Assembly: GCA_048634245.1 (NCBI GenBank)
Contig: JAIWAR010000005.1
Span: 1-52,649 of the forward strand
Direction of reading: 5' to 3'
Origin: Methanosarcinales archaeon
GTDB taxonomy: Bacteria > Omnitrophota > Gorgyraeia > Duberdicusellales > 4484-171
DNA: 52,649 bases
The notes below the pieces were generated by a model. It was given only the letters and a program-made list of their open reading frames with translations, did no database searches and was not told the DNA's origin. Positions within the stretch are counted from its first letter, which is position 1. Every line of letters starts with the position of its first letter. A program made the position numbers and the translations under genes. Positions 10,024 to 19,978 of this stretch are shown in pieces.

Positions 10024-11088
10024 CTACTGTAGTTTCTTTCTTAGAATTTCCGCTCTTATATAGTCTCTCTCTTTTTCTTTTAAAGATTTTAACTCTATCT
10101 TCTGCAAGTGAGCCGGCTGAATTATAACAAATAAGCTTTTTACCACTTTTTTCCCTTCATCGCCGGAGAGAAAATCAGTGCTTTTAATTATACCCAAATC
10201 CAAGCCTAAACACAAGATAGAAAGATGGCTTAAAGCCTCCCGGCTGCTAATCAAACGGCTATTCCTTAAAATTCCCAAGGCTCGCCACACATTATCTTCC
10301 AGGCTTATCTTGTGTTTTTTTAAAAGAACACGACGGGCATCTATCTCCTGAGCTTTGACCTGGCCCACTACCCCAATCAAATTATCAATCAATTCCTCTT
10401 CTGACGAGCCTAAGCTGGCCTGATTGGAAATTTGGAAAAAATTCCCTAAAGCTTGTGTCCCCTCCCCGAATAAACCCCGGGTAGTAAATGATATTCTGGA
10501 TAACAATTCCAGTATTTTATTTATCTTTTTAGTAAGAGTAAGTGCCGGGAGATGCAGCATGCAAGATGCTCTTAGGGCTGTGCCGGCATTAGTAGGACAA
10601 GATGTTAAATAACCGAAATCAGATAAAAAAGAAAAAGAAATCTTTTTTTCTAAATCATTATCGATATCTTCCAGAATCTGCCAGCATTTCTTTAAATCAA
10701 ATCCGGAAAGGATAACTTGCGACCTAAGATGGTCTTCTTCATTTATCATGATTGAAATCGTCTCATCCGGCGATACTATTAATCCTTTACTCTTACTGGG
10801 GCTAATATGTTCCTGGCTTATTAAGTGACGCTCCAATAAAAACTGGCTATCCAAAGTACTTAGCTCGGCCATATTCACAAAAGTACTCTTTTTTAATCTT
10901 TTTACCTGCAAATATATTTCTCTTACTTTATCTAAAACTTCTTTTCCCTGGGCGCTATTCGCGCGAGATGGGAAAGGCAGGCTCCTAATATTTCGAGCTA
11001 AACGGATCCGGGAGGAAAAGACTATTTCCGCTTCCGGCCCCTTACCGCTTAACCAGCTATCCTGATTATTTAAGAAATATTCAAACAT
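10024..11088 (-). CDS. mcsB: Protein-arginine kinase McsB
   Basis: SSRIRLARN, LLERHLIS, INEEDHLR, GYLTSCPTN and FQISNQ motifs. Confidence 0.96.
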   Translation of the reverse strand: MFEYFLNNQDSWLSGKGPEAEIVFSSRIRLARNIRSLPFPSRANSAQGKEVLDKVREIYLQVKRLKKSTFVNMAELSTLDSQFLLERHLISQEHISPSKSKGLIVSPDETISIMINEEDHLRSQVILSGFDLKKCWQILEDIDNDLEKKISFSFLSDFGYLTSCPTNAGTALRASCMLHLPALTLTKKINKILELLSRISFTTRGLFGEGTQALGNFFQISNQASLGSSEEELIDNLIGVVGQVKAQEIDARRVLLKKHKISLEDNVWRALGILRNSRLISSREALSHLSILCLGLDLGIIKSTDFLSGDEGKKVVKSLFVIIQPAHLQKIELKSLKEKERDYIRAEILRKKLQ

Positions 11089-11090
11089 AA

Positions 11091-11582
11091 TTAAATAGTT
11101 TTCTTCTTCTCTAATCCTTTTATCTGATCCCTCAACTTCGCAGCTTCTTCATATTCTTCCAGTTGGATTGCTCGCTGAAGACGCTTTTGTAAATCCTTTA
11201 TCTTTAATTGCCGGGACACCTTTTTGTCTATATGCACAGGGATCTTCCCGGTATGTTGCGTCGCGCTATGAACTTTCTTAAGCAATGGCAGGAGCAGTTT
11301 ACGAAAAGCTACATAACAATTTCCGCAGCCCAGCCTTCCCTTTTTTTTAAACTCCTCATAGCTAAGGCCGCAAGAAGAACATTTTAGCGGGCTCTCCCTG
11401 GAAGGGCTGCCGATCATATCAGCAAGACTGCCTAAAAAGCCTGATATATTTAGATGCTTATTTAGCTCATTAGCCTTAAACTGAGCGCAAGCCTGGCAAA
11501 TATGCATCTCAACCACCCTTTCGTTGATAATCTCAGTAAGATGAACCGTAGCATTATTTTTATGACAAATATCACACAACAT
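11091..11582 (-). CDS. mcsA: McsB activator McsA
   Basis: Four CxxC motifs and a C-terminal UVR motif EEYEEAAKLRDQI. Confidence 0.95.
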   Translation of the reverse strand: MLCDICHKNNATVHLTEIINERVVEMHICQACAQFKANELNKHLNISGFLGSLADMIGSPSRESPLKCSSCGLSYEEFKKKGRLGCGNCYVAFRKLLLPLLKKVHSATQHTGKIPVHIDKKVSRQLKIKDLQKRLQRAIQLEEYEEAAKLRDQIKGLEKKKTI

Positions 11583-12447
11583 ACCTTACTCCATCGGTCT
11601 TGGTAATCTTTTTGAATTCCTTCATTATTATTTTAGTAAGCTCACCGGGTATTGCCGCCCCTATTGCCCTGCCGTCAACTTTTATTACCGGAACAATTTC
11701 AGCGGCAGTTCCGGTTAAAAAACACTCTTCGCTAATATAAACCTCATGACGGGTAAGCACATGTTCATGAGTAGGTATCTTCTTGCTTTTTGCTATATCT
11801 AATACTACCTCCCGGGTAACGCCCCTTAAACTCCCCATGCATTGAGGCGGAGTGTAAAGCTCCCCCTTCTTTACCACAAAAATATTATCTCCCGTACACT
11901 CGGCAACATAACCTAAGTGGTCAAGCATTAAAGCCTCCTGACAGCCGGAATTTATAGCTTCGATCTTGGCTAGAATATTATTCAGGTAGTTTAAAGATTT
12001 TATCTGGGGGTTTAAGGCCTCACAGAGATTCCTTGTGGTAGGAACAGTAATTATCTTCATTCCTTTATCGTATAATTCCCTGGGATAAAGAGAGATTTTA
12101 TCAGCGATTATGACTACTGTTTCATTACCCTTGCATTTTCTGGGATCTAACCCCAAATCACCCTGCCCCCGGGAGATCACTATCCGGAGATAAGCGTCTT
12201 TTAAGCCGTTGGCTTTTAGGGTTTTAATCACAGCCTGAATTATCTCCTTCTTAGATAAAGGAATCCTTAACATGATTGAATGAGCCGACTCAAACAACCG
12301 GTCAATATGTTCTTTTAATCTAAAAACTAAACAACCGTAAGTTCTCACCCCTTCGAATACACCATCTCCGTATAAAAATCCATGGTCAAATACTGAGACT
12401 TTCGCGTCCCTTTTATCTACCAGCTTACCATTTAAATAAATCTTCAC
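11572..12447 (-). CDS. ilvE: Branched-chain amino acid aminotransferase (class IV)
   Basis: DHGFLYGDGVFEG, IKSLNYLNN (PLP lysine), ECTGDNIF and FLTGTAAE motifs. Confidence 0.93.
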   Translation of the reverse strand: MKIYLNGKLVDKRDAKVSVFDHGFLYGDGVFEGVRTYGCLVFRLKEHIDRLFESAHSIMLRIPLSKKEIIQAVIKTLKANGLKDAYLRIVISRGQGDLGLDPRKCKGNETVVIIADKISLYPRELYDKGMKIITVPTTRNLCEALNPQIKSLNYLNNILAKIEAINSGCQEALMLDHLGYVAECTGDNIFVVKKGELYTPPQCMGSLRGVTREVVLDIAKSKKIPTHEHVLTRHEVYISEECFLTGTAAEIVPVIKVDGRAIGAAIPGELTKIIMKEFKKITKTDGVRYVV

Positions 12448-13109
12448 TTAACACCTCCGTCTTCAATAAACATTATCCTTTTAGCGCACTTAGCAATTTC
12501 TAAATTATGAGTAACTAAAATTACGGTTATATTTTTCTCTTTATTTAACTTATCTAATAAAGTAATTATCTTCTCCTGCGAATTTTTATCTAAATTCCCT
12601 GTAGGCTCATCACAAAGAATAACATTAGGCTCATTGATTAAGGCCCTGGCAAAAGCTGCCCTCTGCCTTTGGCCTCCGCTTAACTGTGAAGGAAAAACCT
12701 TCATCTTGTCAGCTATCCCTAAATATTCTAACAATTTTTCTATTGTTTTCAAAGAATATTTTTTCTTGTTCAAATTTAGGGCCAAAGTAACATTCTCTAA
12801 AATATTTAGCTCCTCTATTAAGTGATAGAACTGAAAAACAAACCCGATATTCTTACTCCTCCACAAAGAAAGCTCTTTGTCTTTCATCTTGTAAACATCT
12901 CTTCCTTCAAAAAATACCCTGCCGGCGGTAGGACAGTCTAAGCCGCCTAAAGTATGAAGCAAAGTAGACTTTCCGGCGCCCGAAGGGCCCACTATAGCCA
13001 GATAGTCTCCGGGATAAAGAGATAAAGAAACGCCGTTTAAGGCCTTGGTTAATTCTTGGCCGTTATGATAGGTTTTAATTAAGGATTCCACTTTAAATAA
13101 TTCATTCAT
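12444..13109 (-). CDS. lolD: Lipoprotein-releasing ABC ATPase LolD-like
   Basis: GPSGAGKST, GFVFQFYHL, LSGGQRQR and DEPTGNLD motifs. Start set at ATG 13109, overlapping the lolE end. Confidence 0.88.
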   Translation of the reverse strand: MNELFKVESLIKTYHNGQELTKALNGVSLSLYPGDYLAIVGPSGAGKSTLLHTLGGLDCPTAGRVFFEGRDVYKMKDKELSLWRSKNIGFVFQFYHLIEELNILENVTLALNLNKKKYSLKTIEKLLEYLGIADKMKVFPSQLSGGQRQRAAFARALINEPNVILCDEPTGNLDKNSQEKIITLLDKLNKEKNITVILVTHNLEIAKCAKRIMFIEDGGVK

Positions 13110-14259
13110 AACGCAGCGCCTCACAAGGCTGCAACCCGGCCGCCTTTATTGCCGGTAGTAAGCTGAATATAAAAGATAAAACAATTCCTACAATAACAAT
13201 CAAGCCAATGTCCTGATGGTTTATCGCCATTGGTAAATATTCAATATAGTAAATCTCTTGAGGCAACTTTATAAAAGGGTATTTCGCCAAGAACAAGCAT
13301 AAACTTAAGCCTAAGGCTGCACCACTAAAAGTGCCGACAAAACCCAAAAGTAAACCCTGCAAGCTAAAAATTCTCGCTATCCTTTTGCGGGAAAAACCCA
13401 AAGACTTTAAAATCCCGATATCCTTAGTCTTTTCTGCCACTCCCACGGTTAAAGTAGCAAAAACATTGAACGCGGCAACTAAAATTATTAAACTTAAAAT
13501 GATAAACATCACTATCTTCTCTAACTTTAAGGCTGAAAAAAAGACCCAATTTGACTCCATCCAGGTAGACACAAATACACCCCGGTTAAACTTCTCTAAT
13601 ATCTTCTTCTTTATTGCCAAAGCTTTATAAGGATTATTTACTCTTATTCCTAAAGAAATAAGATAATTCGGAGAAAGGCTTTTAGCTTTTTCCAAATCAG
13701 TAATAAGGTAATTACTGTCAATATCATAAAGCCCGACCTTAAAAGTTCCCCGCACACTCTCAACCTGAGAGCGTAATTCTTTCTTCAAAGGATAAAACTC
13801 TATTTTATCAAGGATAAAAAATCTTCGCCTTAATTCCTCACCGATAAAAAAACCCTCAGCCGCTCTTTCATCAATCACATATTGATAGAGCATTTGTTTT
13901 TCTTTCCGGTCTTTAAAATCAATTCCTTTTACTGCCAAAGGAAGAATTAAATTCTCAAATTTAGCAAGAACTTGAGTTTGAAGGGTTATTGAGGCAGCTT
14001 TCACCTCTTCCCAGGCCTCTACTTCTTCCTCTATTTGAGATAATTGATCGCTTTCTAAACATTCTACAGTTAAATGAGGATTAAATCTCATTAACCGCTC
14101 CGTTAAATCCCGGTCAAAACCATTCATTACCGAAATAACTACAATTAAAGTAGCCACGCCCAAAGCAATACCTAAACAGGAAATAACCCCGATAAAGGAA
14201 ATATGCCTGGCTTTTCCGCGAAAAAGATAACGCCGCGCCAAAAATAACTCAGGTATCAT
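13102..14259 (-). CDS. lolE: Lipoprotein-releasing ABC permease LolC/E family
   Basis: GIALGVATLIVVISVMNGF, LKLEK, EKTKDIGILKSLG and C-terminal EALRYE. Confidence 0.9.
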   Translation of the reverse strand: MIPELFLARRYLFRGKARHISFIGVISCLGIALGVATLIVVISVMNGFDRDLTERLMRFNPHLTVECLESDQLSQIEEEVEAWEEVKAASITLQTQVLAKFENLILPLAVKGIDFKDRKEKQMLYQYVIDERAAEGFFIGEELRRRFFILDKIEFYPLKKELRSQVESVRGTFKVGLYDIDSNYLITDLEKAKSLSPNYLISLGIRVNNPYKALAIKKKILEKFNRGVFVSTWMESNWVFFSALKLEKIVMFIILSLIILVAAFNVFATLTVGVAEKTKDIGILKSLGFSRKRIARIFSLQGLLLGFVGTFSGAALGLSLCLFLAKYPFIKLPQEIYYIEYLPMAINHQDIGLIVIVGIVLSFIFSLLPAIKAAGLQPCEALRYE

Positions 14260-15673
14260 TAGATAAAGGTTTAAGGAGAGGGAAAAGGATCACGTCTCTA
14301 ATCGAAGGCTGATTAAGCAGAAGCATTATCAACCTATCCATGCCTATCCCCAGGCCGGCAGCCGGAGGCATGCCATACTCTAAGCTAAGCAAAAAATCAT
14401 GGTCGATCTTTTTTGGTAATTCCTCTTCTACTTCTAATTGTTTATTAAAACGTGTTTTTTGCTCAAGGGGGTCGTTTAACTCTGAATAAGCGTTAGCAAC
14501 CTCAAGCCCTCCAATAAATAATTCAAACCTCTCCACTAAATTTGGATTCCCCTTCTTAGCCTTAGCCAAAGGAGAAGTCCAGGTAAAAAAATCAGTGATA
14601 AATACCGGTTTATCTTCGGGATAGTTCTTCTCAATTAATTCCTCAGTTATATTAATAATTTGGCTGCGGCTTAAACCCTTAGCTAACTTTAGCTTCTCGC
14701 TTATCTTCTCCAGCATCACTTCTTGAGAATCACTTTCCTCTATGCCAAACTCTTTGTTAAAAAGCTGCGCGAAAGAAATCCTCTGCCAAGGCCCGGTAAA
14801 ATCTATTTTCTTTCCCTGAAATTCTACGATTAATGAAGAATTTATCTCTTGAGCAAGATAAGAGAACAAATCCTCACAAACCTTCATCATATACTCATAA
14901 TTTTCATAAGCACAATAAGCTTCAAGCATAGTAAATTCGGGATTATGCCGCCTGGATACCCCCTCATTACGAAAGCTTCTATTTATCTCATATATTTTTT
15001 CTAATCCTCCCACCAGAAGGCGTTTTAAATAAAGTTCGGGAGCAATCCGCAGGTAAACATCGCTATCAGTAGCATTATGAAAGGTGGCAAAAGGCCTGCC
15101 GGCTGCTCCTCCGGCAATCCGGTGTAACATCGGGGTTTCAACCTCCATATACTTAAGGCGGTTAAAAAAATCTCTGGTTAGAGAAATTATCTTAGACCTC
15201 TTCTTAAATACTTCTTTAACCTCGGGATTAGAAATTAAATCAAGATAACGCTGGCGATATCTTACTTCAACATCCTTTAAACCATGCCACTTTTCCGGTA
15301 AAGGCTGAAGAGCTTTAGAAAGCAGTTTTAATTCACTGACTAAAACTGTAGACTCACCGGTGCGGGTAGTAAACAGCTTACCCTTAACACCGACAATATC
15401 ACCTACATCCATTTCCTTAAAAAGCTGATAAAACTCACCTAAAGTATTAGCTTGGGCATAAATCTGTAATTTTCCGGTATAATCACTTATATGGGCAAAT
15501 CCGGATTTGCCATGTTCTCTTTTAGTCATCAACCTTCCGGCAACCGACACCTCTTTTCCTTCCTCAAAGCTATCTAGTATCTCTTTGATAGCCAGAGGTT
15601 TAGAAAACTCGGTCACTTCAAAAGGGGGCCCGAACTTTTCACTAATTTTCTTTAGTTTCTCAATATTCTCCAT
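14249..15673 (-). CDS. lysS: Lysine--tRNA ligase (class II)
   Basis: OB-fold, YRQRYLDL, YLRIAPELYLKRL, FRNEG, HNPEFTMLE and GMPPAAGLGIGMDRL motifs. Confidence 0.98.
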   Translation of the reverse strand: MENIEKLKKISEKFGPPFEVTEFSKPLAIKEILDSFEEGKEVSVAGRLMTKREHGKSGFAHISDYTGKLQIYAQANTLGEFYQLFKEMDVGDIVGVKGKLFTTRTGESTVLVSELKLLSKALQPLPEKWHGLKDVEVRYRQRYLDLISNPEVKEVFKKRSKIISLTRDFFNRLKYMEVETPMLHRIAGGAAGRPFATFHNATDSDVYLRIAPELYLKRLLVGGLEKIYEINRSFRNEGVSRRHNPEFTMLEAYCAYENYEYMMKVCEDLFSYLAQEINSSLIVEFQGKKIDFTGPWQRISFAQLFNKEFGIEESDSQEVMLEKISEKLKLAKGLSRSQIINITEELIEKNYPEDKPVFITDFFTWTSPLAKAKKGNPNLVERFELFIGGLEVANAYSELNDPLEQKTRFNKQLEVEEELPKKIDHDFLLSLEYGMPPAAGLGIGMDRLIMLLLNQPSIRDVILFPLLKPLSNDT

Positions 15674-15682
15674 AGCTTATAG

Positions 15683-15711
15683 ATTATATATAATATATCC
15701 CCCCCTGTCAA
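15683..15711 (-). promoter_or_regulatory. Consensus sigma70 promoter for the lysS operon
   Basis: Minus strand reads TTGACA (15711-15706), 17-nt spacer, TATAAT (15688-15683), then 9 nt to the lysS ATG. Confidence 0.9.
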
Positions 15712-15746
15712 ACTAAATCCCCGCTTACCTAAATATATTATATATA

Positions 15747-16661
15747 CTAACCCTTGAATAGATGACAATAAACAAAATGGCCGGATTCAACCTCTTTTCT
15801 CTTGCAAGTTTTAACGCATTCGGATTTTTTGAAAGAACAGCGGGACAAAAACGGGCAGCCTTCAAAATGTTCAGTCTCCCCTTTGAAGTATTTTAACCTT
15901 TGCTCGGATGCCTCTTTTAATAACTTGGTATAAGGGTGAAGTGGGTTATTATAGACTAAGTCCCGAGGGCCATACTCCATAATTTTACCCCGGTACATAA
16001 TAAAGCAATAGTGGGATATTTTCTTCAATAATTTGAGATTATGAGAAATAAACAGAAAAGTCACCCCTGATTCTTGCTGCAGCTTAACCAGTAATTTCAT
16101 AATTTTTGAAGCTGTTGTAACATCTAAGCTGGATGTAGGTTCATCAAGAATTACTAAAGACGGTTTATTTATAAGACTGCGGGCAATACAGACCCGCTGA
16201 ACCTGTCCGCCACTTAATTGATGCGGCATTCTTTCCATTACGTCTTCCTCTAATTCTACTTCGGCTAAAGCAGTTTTGATAAATTCTCTGCTCTCAGATT
16301 TTTTTATTCTTTTGTAAACCTGTAAAGCCTCATATAAAGAATAAAATATACTGCAGCGGGGATCAAGGCTTGCGAAAGGATTTTGAAAAACAATCTGAAT
16401 ATTTTTTCGTATAATTCCCTGATTTTCCTTTAAAACTATATTCTTATCCTCAAAATAAATACTCCCTTGTTCAGGCCGGTGAAACTTAAGAATTGTTTTA
16501 GCCAAAGTGGTCTTACCGCAGCCGCTCTCCCCGGCCAAAGAGGTTACTAACCCTTTTCTTAAAGAAATATCAACCCCGTCTAAAGCCTTAACAACCCTGC
16601 CTTTCTGAGAAAAGTATACCTTTAAATTATCTGTTTCTAATAAGCTCTCTTTATCCTTCAT
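15747..16661 (-). CDS. oppF: Oligopeptide/dipeptide ABC ATPase
   Basis: GESGCGKTT, LSGGQVQR, HPYT and a C-terminal Cys-rich tail. Start set at ATG 16661 after a purine-rich SD. Confidence 0.88.
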   Translation of the reverse strand: MKDKESLLETDNLKVYFSQKGRVVKALDGVDISLRKGLVTSLAGESGCGKTTLAKTILKFHRPEQGSIYFEDKNIVLKENQGIIRKNIQIVFQNPFASLDPRCSIFYSLYEALQVYKRIKKSESREFIKTALAEVELEEDVMERMPHQLSGGQVQRVCIARSLINKPSLVILDEPTSSLDVTTASKIMKLLVKLQQESGVTFLFISHNLKLLKKISHYCFIMYRGKIMEYGPRDLVYNNPLHPYTKLLKEASEQRLKYFKGETEHFEGCPFLSRCSFKKSECVKTCKRKEVESGHFVYCHLFKG

Positions 16662-16671
16662 CCCTTTTCCT

Positions 16672-17457
16672 TTATCCTTCCAAATCTTCAAAAGAAGCCA
16701 GCAAACTTTTGGTATAACTGTCTTCGGGGCAGGCAAATAACTCTTCCTTCCCCTTAACCTCTCTTACTTCTCCCCGATAAAATACTACCACCCGGTCACA
16801 TAAGGCTTTTACCAAATCAAGATTGTGGGTAATAAAAATTATGGTCAATCCAAACTTATCTCTTAACTCTTTAAATAAATGGACGATCTGGCTCTCAATA
16901 GTTACATCCAAAGAACTTGTAGGTTCATCAGCGATTAAAATCATAGGCTTTAAAGCTATGGCTATAGCGATAGCGACTCTTTGCAGCTGCCCTCCGCTTA
17001 ATTGATGGGGGTAACTTTTTAAAATCCTCTCTGCTTCCGGAACCCTAACTTTATCTAAAGAATCATAGATGATTTTGCTTCTTTCTCTTTTACTCTTCAT
17101 ATTTAATTTACTCTTAAGAATCTCTTGAAATTGATAATTCATACTTAATACGGGGTTAAAAGTGCTCGCCGGCTCCTGAAATACTAACCCGATTTGGCTT
17201 CCTCTTAAAATTTCTGACTCCTTTTCATTAGCCCCAAAAATATTCCTGCCTTTAAAAATTATCTCTCCCTTACTCTTGGCATCAGCCGGAAGAAGATTTA
17301 AAATAGAAAGAGCCAGAGTACTCTTTCCGCAACCGGATTCACCAACTATGCCTAAAATTTCACTCTTCCCTATACCCCAGCTAACCTTTTTTAAAGCATT
17401 AACATATTTAACCCGGCCCCAATAAGATACGCTTAAATCCTTTACTTCTAAAATCAT
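16672..17457 (-). CDS. oppD: Oligopeptide/dipeptide ABC ATPase (short C-terminus)
   Basis: GESGCGKST, YPHQLSGGQLQR and ADEPTSSLDVT motifs. Confidence 0.88.
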   Translation of the reverse strand: MILEVKDLSVSYWGRVKYVNALKKVSWGIGKSEILGIVGESGCGKSTLALSILNLLPADAKSKGEIIFKGRNIFGANEKESEILRGSQIGLVFQEPASTFNPVLSMNYQFQEILKSKLNMKSKRERSKIIYDSLDKVRVPEAERILKSYPHQLSGGQLQRVAIAIAIALKPMILIADEPTSSLDVTIESQIVHLFKELRDKFGLTIIFITHNLDLVKALCDRVVVFYRGEVREVKGKEELFACPEDSYTKSLLASFEDLEG

Positions 17458-18509
17458 AACATCCTTCTTTTGGGATCTAAAATATCTCTTAAAGTATCTC
17501 CCAGCAGGTTAAAACAAATAACCGTCACTATAATAAATAACCCGGGAATTAAAATCCAGGGAAAAAGACGAATATTCACTATGCCTAAGCTTGAACTCAA
17601 TAAGTTCCCCCAACTTGCTTCCGGTTCCTGAATCCCTAAACCAATAAGGCTTAAACCGGCCTCGCCTAAAATATAAGCCGGTATACGCAAAACCACGGCA
17701 ACTATCGCGTAAGAAAAAGTATGAGGAAGAATATGGCGGATAATTATTTTAAAATGGCTAAGGCCCATTGCCCGGGCCGCGTAAACATATTCATTCTCCC
17801 GCAAAGATATAGCCATACCCCGAATAATACGGGCGGTAGAAGCCCAGCCGATAAACGAAAGAATCACTATAATCAAAAGGTAGACCTGGGTTGAAGTTAG
17901 ATTGGGAGGAAATGATGCCCTGAGGGCCAGCATAAGGTAAAAAGAAGGGATCATCATTACCATCTCACAAATTCGCATGGTAAAATTATCTATCTTACCC
18001 CCGAAGTAACCGGATAAACCTCCGACGATTAAACCGATAAACAAAGATATAGCCGCCCCGATCAAACCGATAGAAAGAGAGACCCTTCCCCCGTAAAGAA
18101 TCCGGGTAAATATATCCCTTCCTTTTAAATCCGCTCCTAATAAATATAACTTCCCCTCTTCTAAGCCAAATAAATGCCGGTTAGTCTCCCAAATCCCCAA
18201 AAACTTATAGTTAAATCCCTTAACAAAAAATTTAATCGGATAAATTTTTTCCTTATCTTCCTGATAAACGCGCTGATAATACTCATTAGTTTTATAGGTT
18301 TGGCTATAGACAAAAGGGCCGAATTGTTTTTTCTCAAAGTTAATAAAATGTATTTTTGTCGGCGGAGCATAGGAGTATAAAACATCATCGTCATCGTAGT
18401 GATAAGGAGCAAAAAAAGGAGCAAAAATCACTGAAAAATAAAGAATTACCAGGATAAATAAAGCTATTCTTCCCGGTTTATTCTTTATTATCTGTTTTAA
18501 AATTCTCAT
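17454..18509 (-). CDS. oppC: Oligopeptide ABC permease
   Basis: LGADLKGRDIFTRILYGGRVSL, EAA-like EYVYAARAMG, FNLLGDTLRDILDP. Start moved to ATG 18509 because the track's extension runs into an inverted-repeat element. Confidence 0.88.
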   Translation of the reverse strand: MRILKQIIKNKPGRIALFILVILYFSVIFAPFFAPYHYDDDDVLYSYAPPTKIHFINFEKKQFGPFVYSQTYKTNEYYQRVYQEDKEKIYPIKFFVKGFNYKFLGIWETNRHLFGLEEGKLYLLGADLKGRDIFTRILYGGRVSLSIGLIGAAISLFIGLIVGGLSGYFGGKIDNFTMRICEMVMMIPSFYLMLALRASFPPNLTSTQVYLLIIVILSFIGWASTARIIRGMAISLRENEYVYAARAMGLSHFKIIIRHILPHTFSYAIVAVVLRIPAYILGEAGLSLIGLGIQEPEASWGNLLSSSLGIVNIRLFPWILIPGLFIIVTVICFNLLGDTLRDILDPKRRML

Positions 18510-18546
18510 TTTTAGGTTCTTTCGTAAATTTTGTGAGTTCTGCTTT

Positions 18547-18659
18547 AATTCAACATAGTGTTTTTGCGCGCGCAACAATCTGAAGCAGCCCCGAAGGGGC
18601 TATTAGGTTTAATTCAGCAATGCGATGGATGTGAGCACGCAAAAACACTATGTTGGATT
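18547..18659. repeat. About 113-bp MITE/REPIN-like element with terminal inverted repeats
   Basis: CAACATAGTGTTTTTGCG (18551-18568) pairs perfectly with 18638-18655 and extends further with mismatches. Inner hairpin AGCCCC-GAA-GGGGCT at 18587-18601. Confidence 0.7.
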
Positions 18660-19627
18660 TACTTTTCATATCTAATTCGGGGGTCAAAATAAGCTAAAAG
18701 AATATCGGCAACTAAATTACCCAGAATAAGTAAGAATCCCCCGGCCAAGACTGAACCCATAACTAAATATATATCCTGAGCACGCACAGCCTCCAGAGTT
18801 ACCACCCCTAAACCCGGCCAGCCTATAACAATTTCAACTAATGCGGCTCCGCTAAGTAAGCCTGAAAATTGATATCCAAAAATAGTAATCATCGGATTTA
18901 TGGCATTCTTTAAAGCGTGAACATACAGGATTCTCATCTTAGAAAGCCCCCTGGCTTTTGCGCCTAAAATATAAGGGGAGCCTAAAACCTCAAGAAGATT
19001 TGCTCTCATTATCCTTTGAAGAACACAAATGCTTCCCAAAGAAAGAACTACGGTAGGAATGATTAAATGCTTCCCAACATCAATTACCTTGCCTAAAAAA
19101 CTGAATTCTTCAAATCTTATTGAACGCATTCCCCCTAAAGGAAGCCAGCCGGTAAAAGTAGCAAGATACATAAGTAAAAAGGCTAAGAAGAATGCCGGAA
19201 CAGATATTCCCAAATAAGAGAAAAAAGATAAAAACCGGTCAATAAATTTATTTCTCCTTAAAGCGGCAATTACCCCTAAAGGAATAACAAATATCCAGGT
19301 AAAAATTAGCGCGGATAAGGAAAGTATAAAAGTATTTAGCAAACGGGATGAAATGACATCGAATACTTTAGCTTTAAAGGAAAATGAATAACCGAAGTCG
19401 CCTCGTAAAACATTTTTCAGCCATACCAGGTATTGAACTATAAGGGGCTTATCTAAGTGGAATTTTTGCTCATATAATTCAATAGCATTTTGAGAAATTT
19501 GGGGATTTAACCTTAGTTTACTTAAGAAATCGCCGGGAGCGATTTGGATAAAAAGAAAAGTAAGAAAAGTTATTCCTAAAAGTAAAGGCAAAGAAAAAAA
19601 CAGTCTCTTTAAGATAAAACGGCCCAT
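18659..19627 (-). CDS. oppB: Oligopeptide ABC permease
   Basis: APGD, GDFGYSF, AKARGL, HALKNA, WPGLG and DPRIRY motifs. Confidence 0.9.
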   Translation of the reverse strand: MGRFILKRLFFSLPLLLGITFLTFLFIQIAPGDFLSKLRLNPQISQNAIELYEQKFHLDKPLIVQYLVWLKNVLRGDFGYSFSFKAKVFDVISSRLLNTFILSLSALIFTWIFVIPLGVIAALRRNKFIDRFLSFFSYLGISVPAFFLAFLLMYLATFTGWLPLGGMRSIRFEEFSFLGKVIDVGKHLIIPTVVLSLGSICVLQRIMRANLLEVLGSPYILGAKARGLSKMRILYVHALKNAINPMITIFGYQFSGLLSGAALVEIVIGWPGLGVVTLEAVRAQDIYLVMGSVLAGGFLLILGNLVADILLAYFDPRIRYEK

Positions 19628-19645
19628 AAATATTAATTAAGAATA

Positions 19646-19978
19646 CTAATGATTTCTGCGAGCGGCATAAGTAAAACTAAAAAAGTACTTTCTCCATAAT
19701 TTTTCTGTAGACTTAAACTGATTTGTTCCATAAAAATAATCCACGATCGCTTCCCGCAAACGAGTAAGCTCTTTGAGCCGGGTAAAACCGGTAATAGTAT
19801 CTAAGCTCAAATCCAAAAGCTCAAGAGCACGCTCAAAAGCTTTCCGGCAATATGTGGTATTGTTCTTGGCCCGCCAATTAAGAGCGCGTTCCACTTCGCT
19901 TCCAATATTTGCCATTTGTTCACAAAACGACAGCTGACTCCAACGCCCCGCCGCAAGATCTTTATGCTGATAACTCAT
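19646..19978 (-). CDS. Conserved helical hypothetical protein (DUF5674-associated)
   Basis: 110 aa with motif GRWSQLSFCEQMANIGSEVERA; ATGA overlap with the stop of the upstream remnant. Confidence 0.75.
   Translation of the reverse strand: MSYQHKDLAAGRWSQLSFCEQMANIGSEVERALNWRAKNNTTYCRKAFERALELLDLSLDTITGFTRLKELTRLREAIVDYFYGTNQFKSTEKLWRKYFFSFTYAARRNH

Noticed and set aside
16662-18578. N-terminal extensions of oppF (to 16736) and oppC (to 18578) in the track
   Set aside because: They overlap oppD or the inverted-repeat element; downstream ATGs fit the families better.
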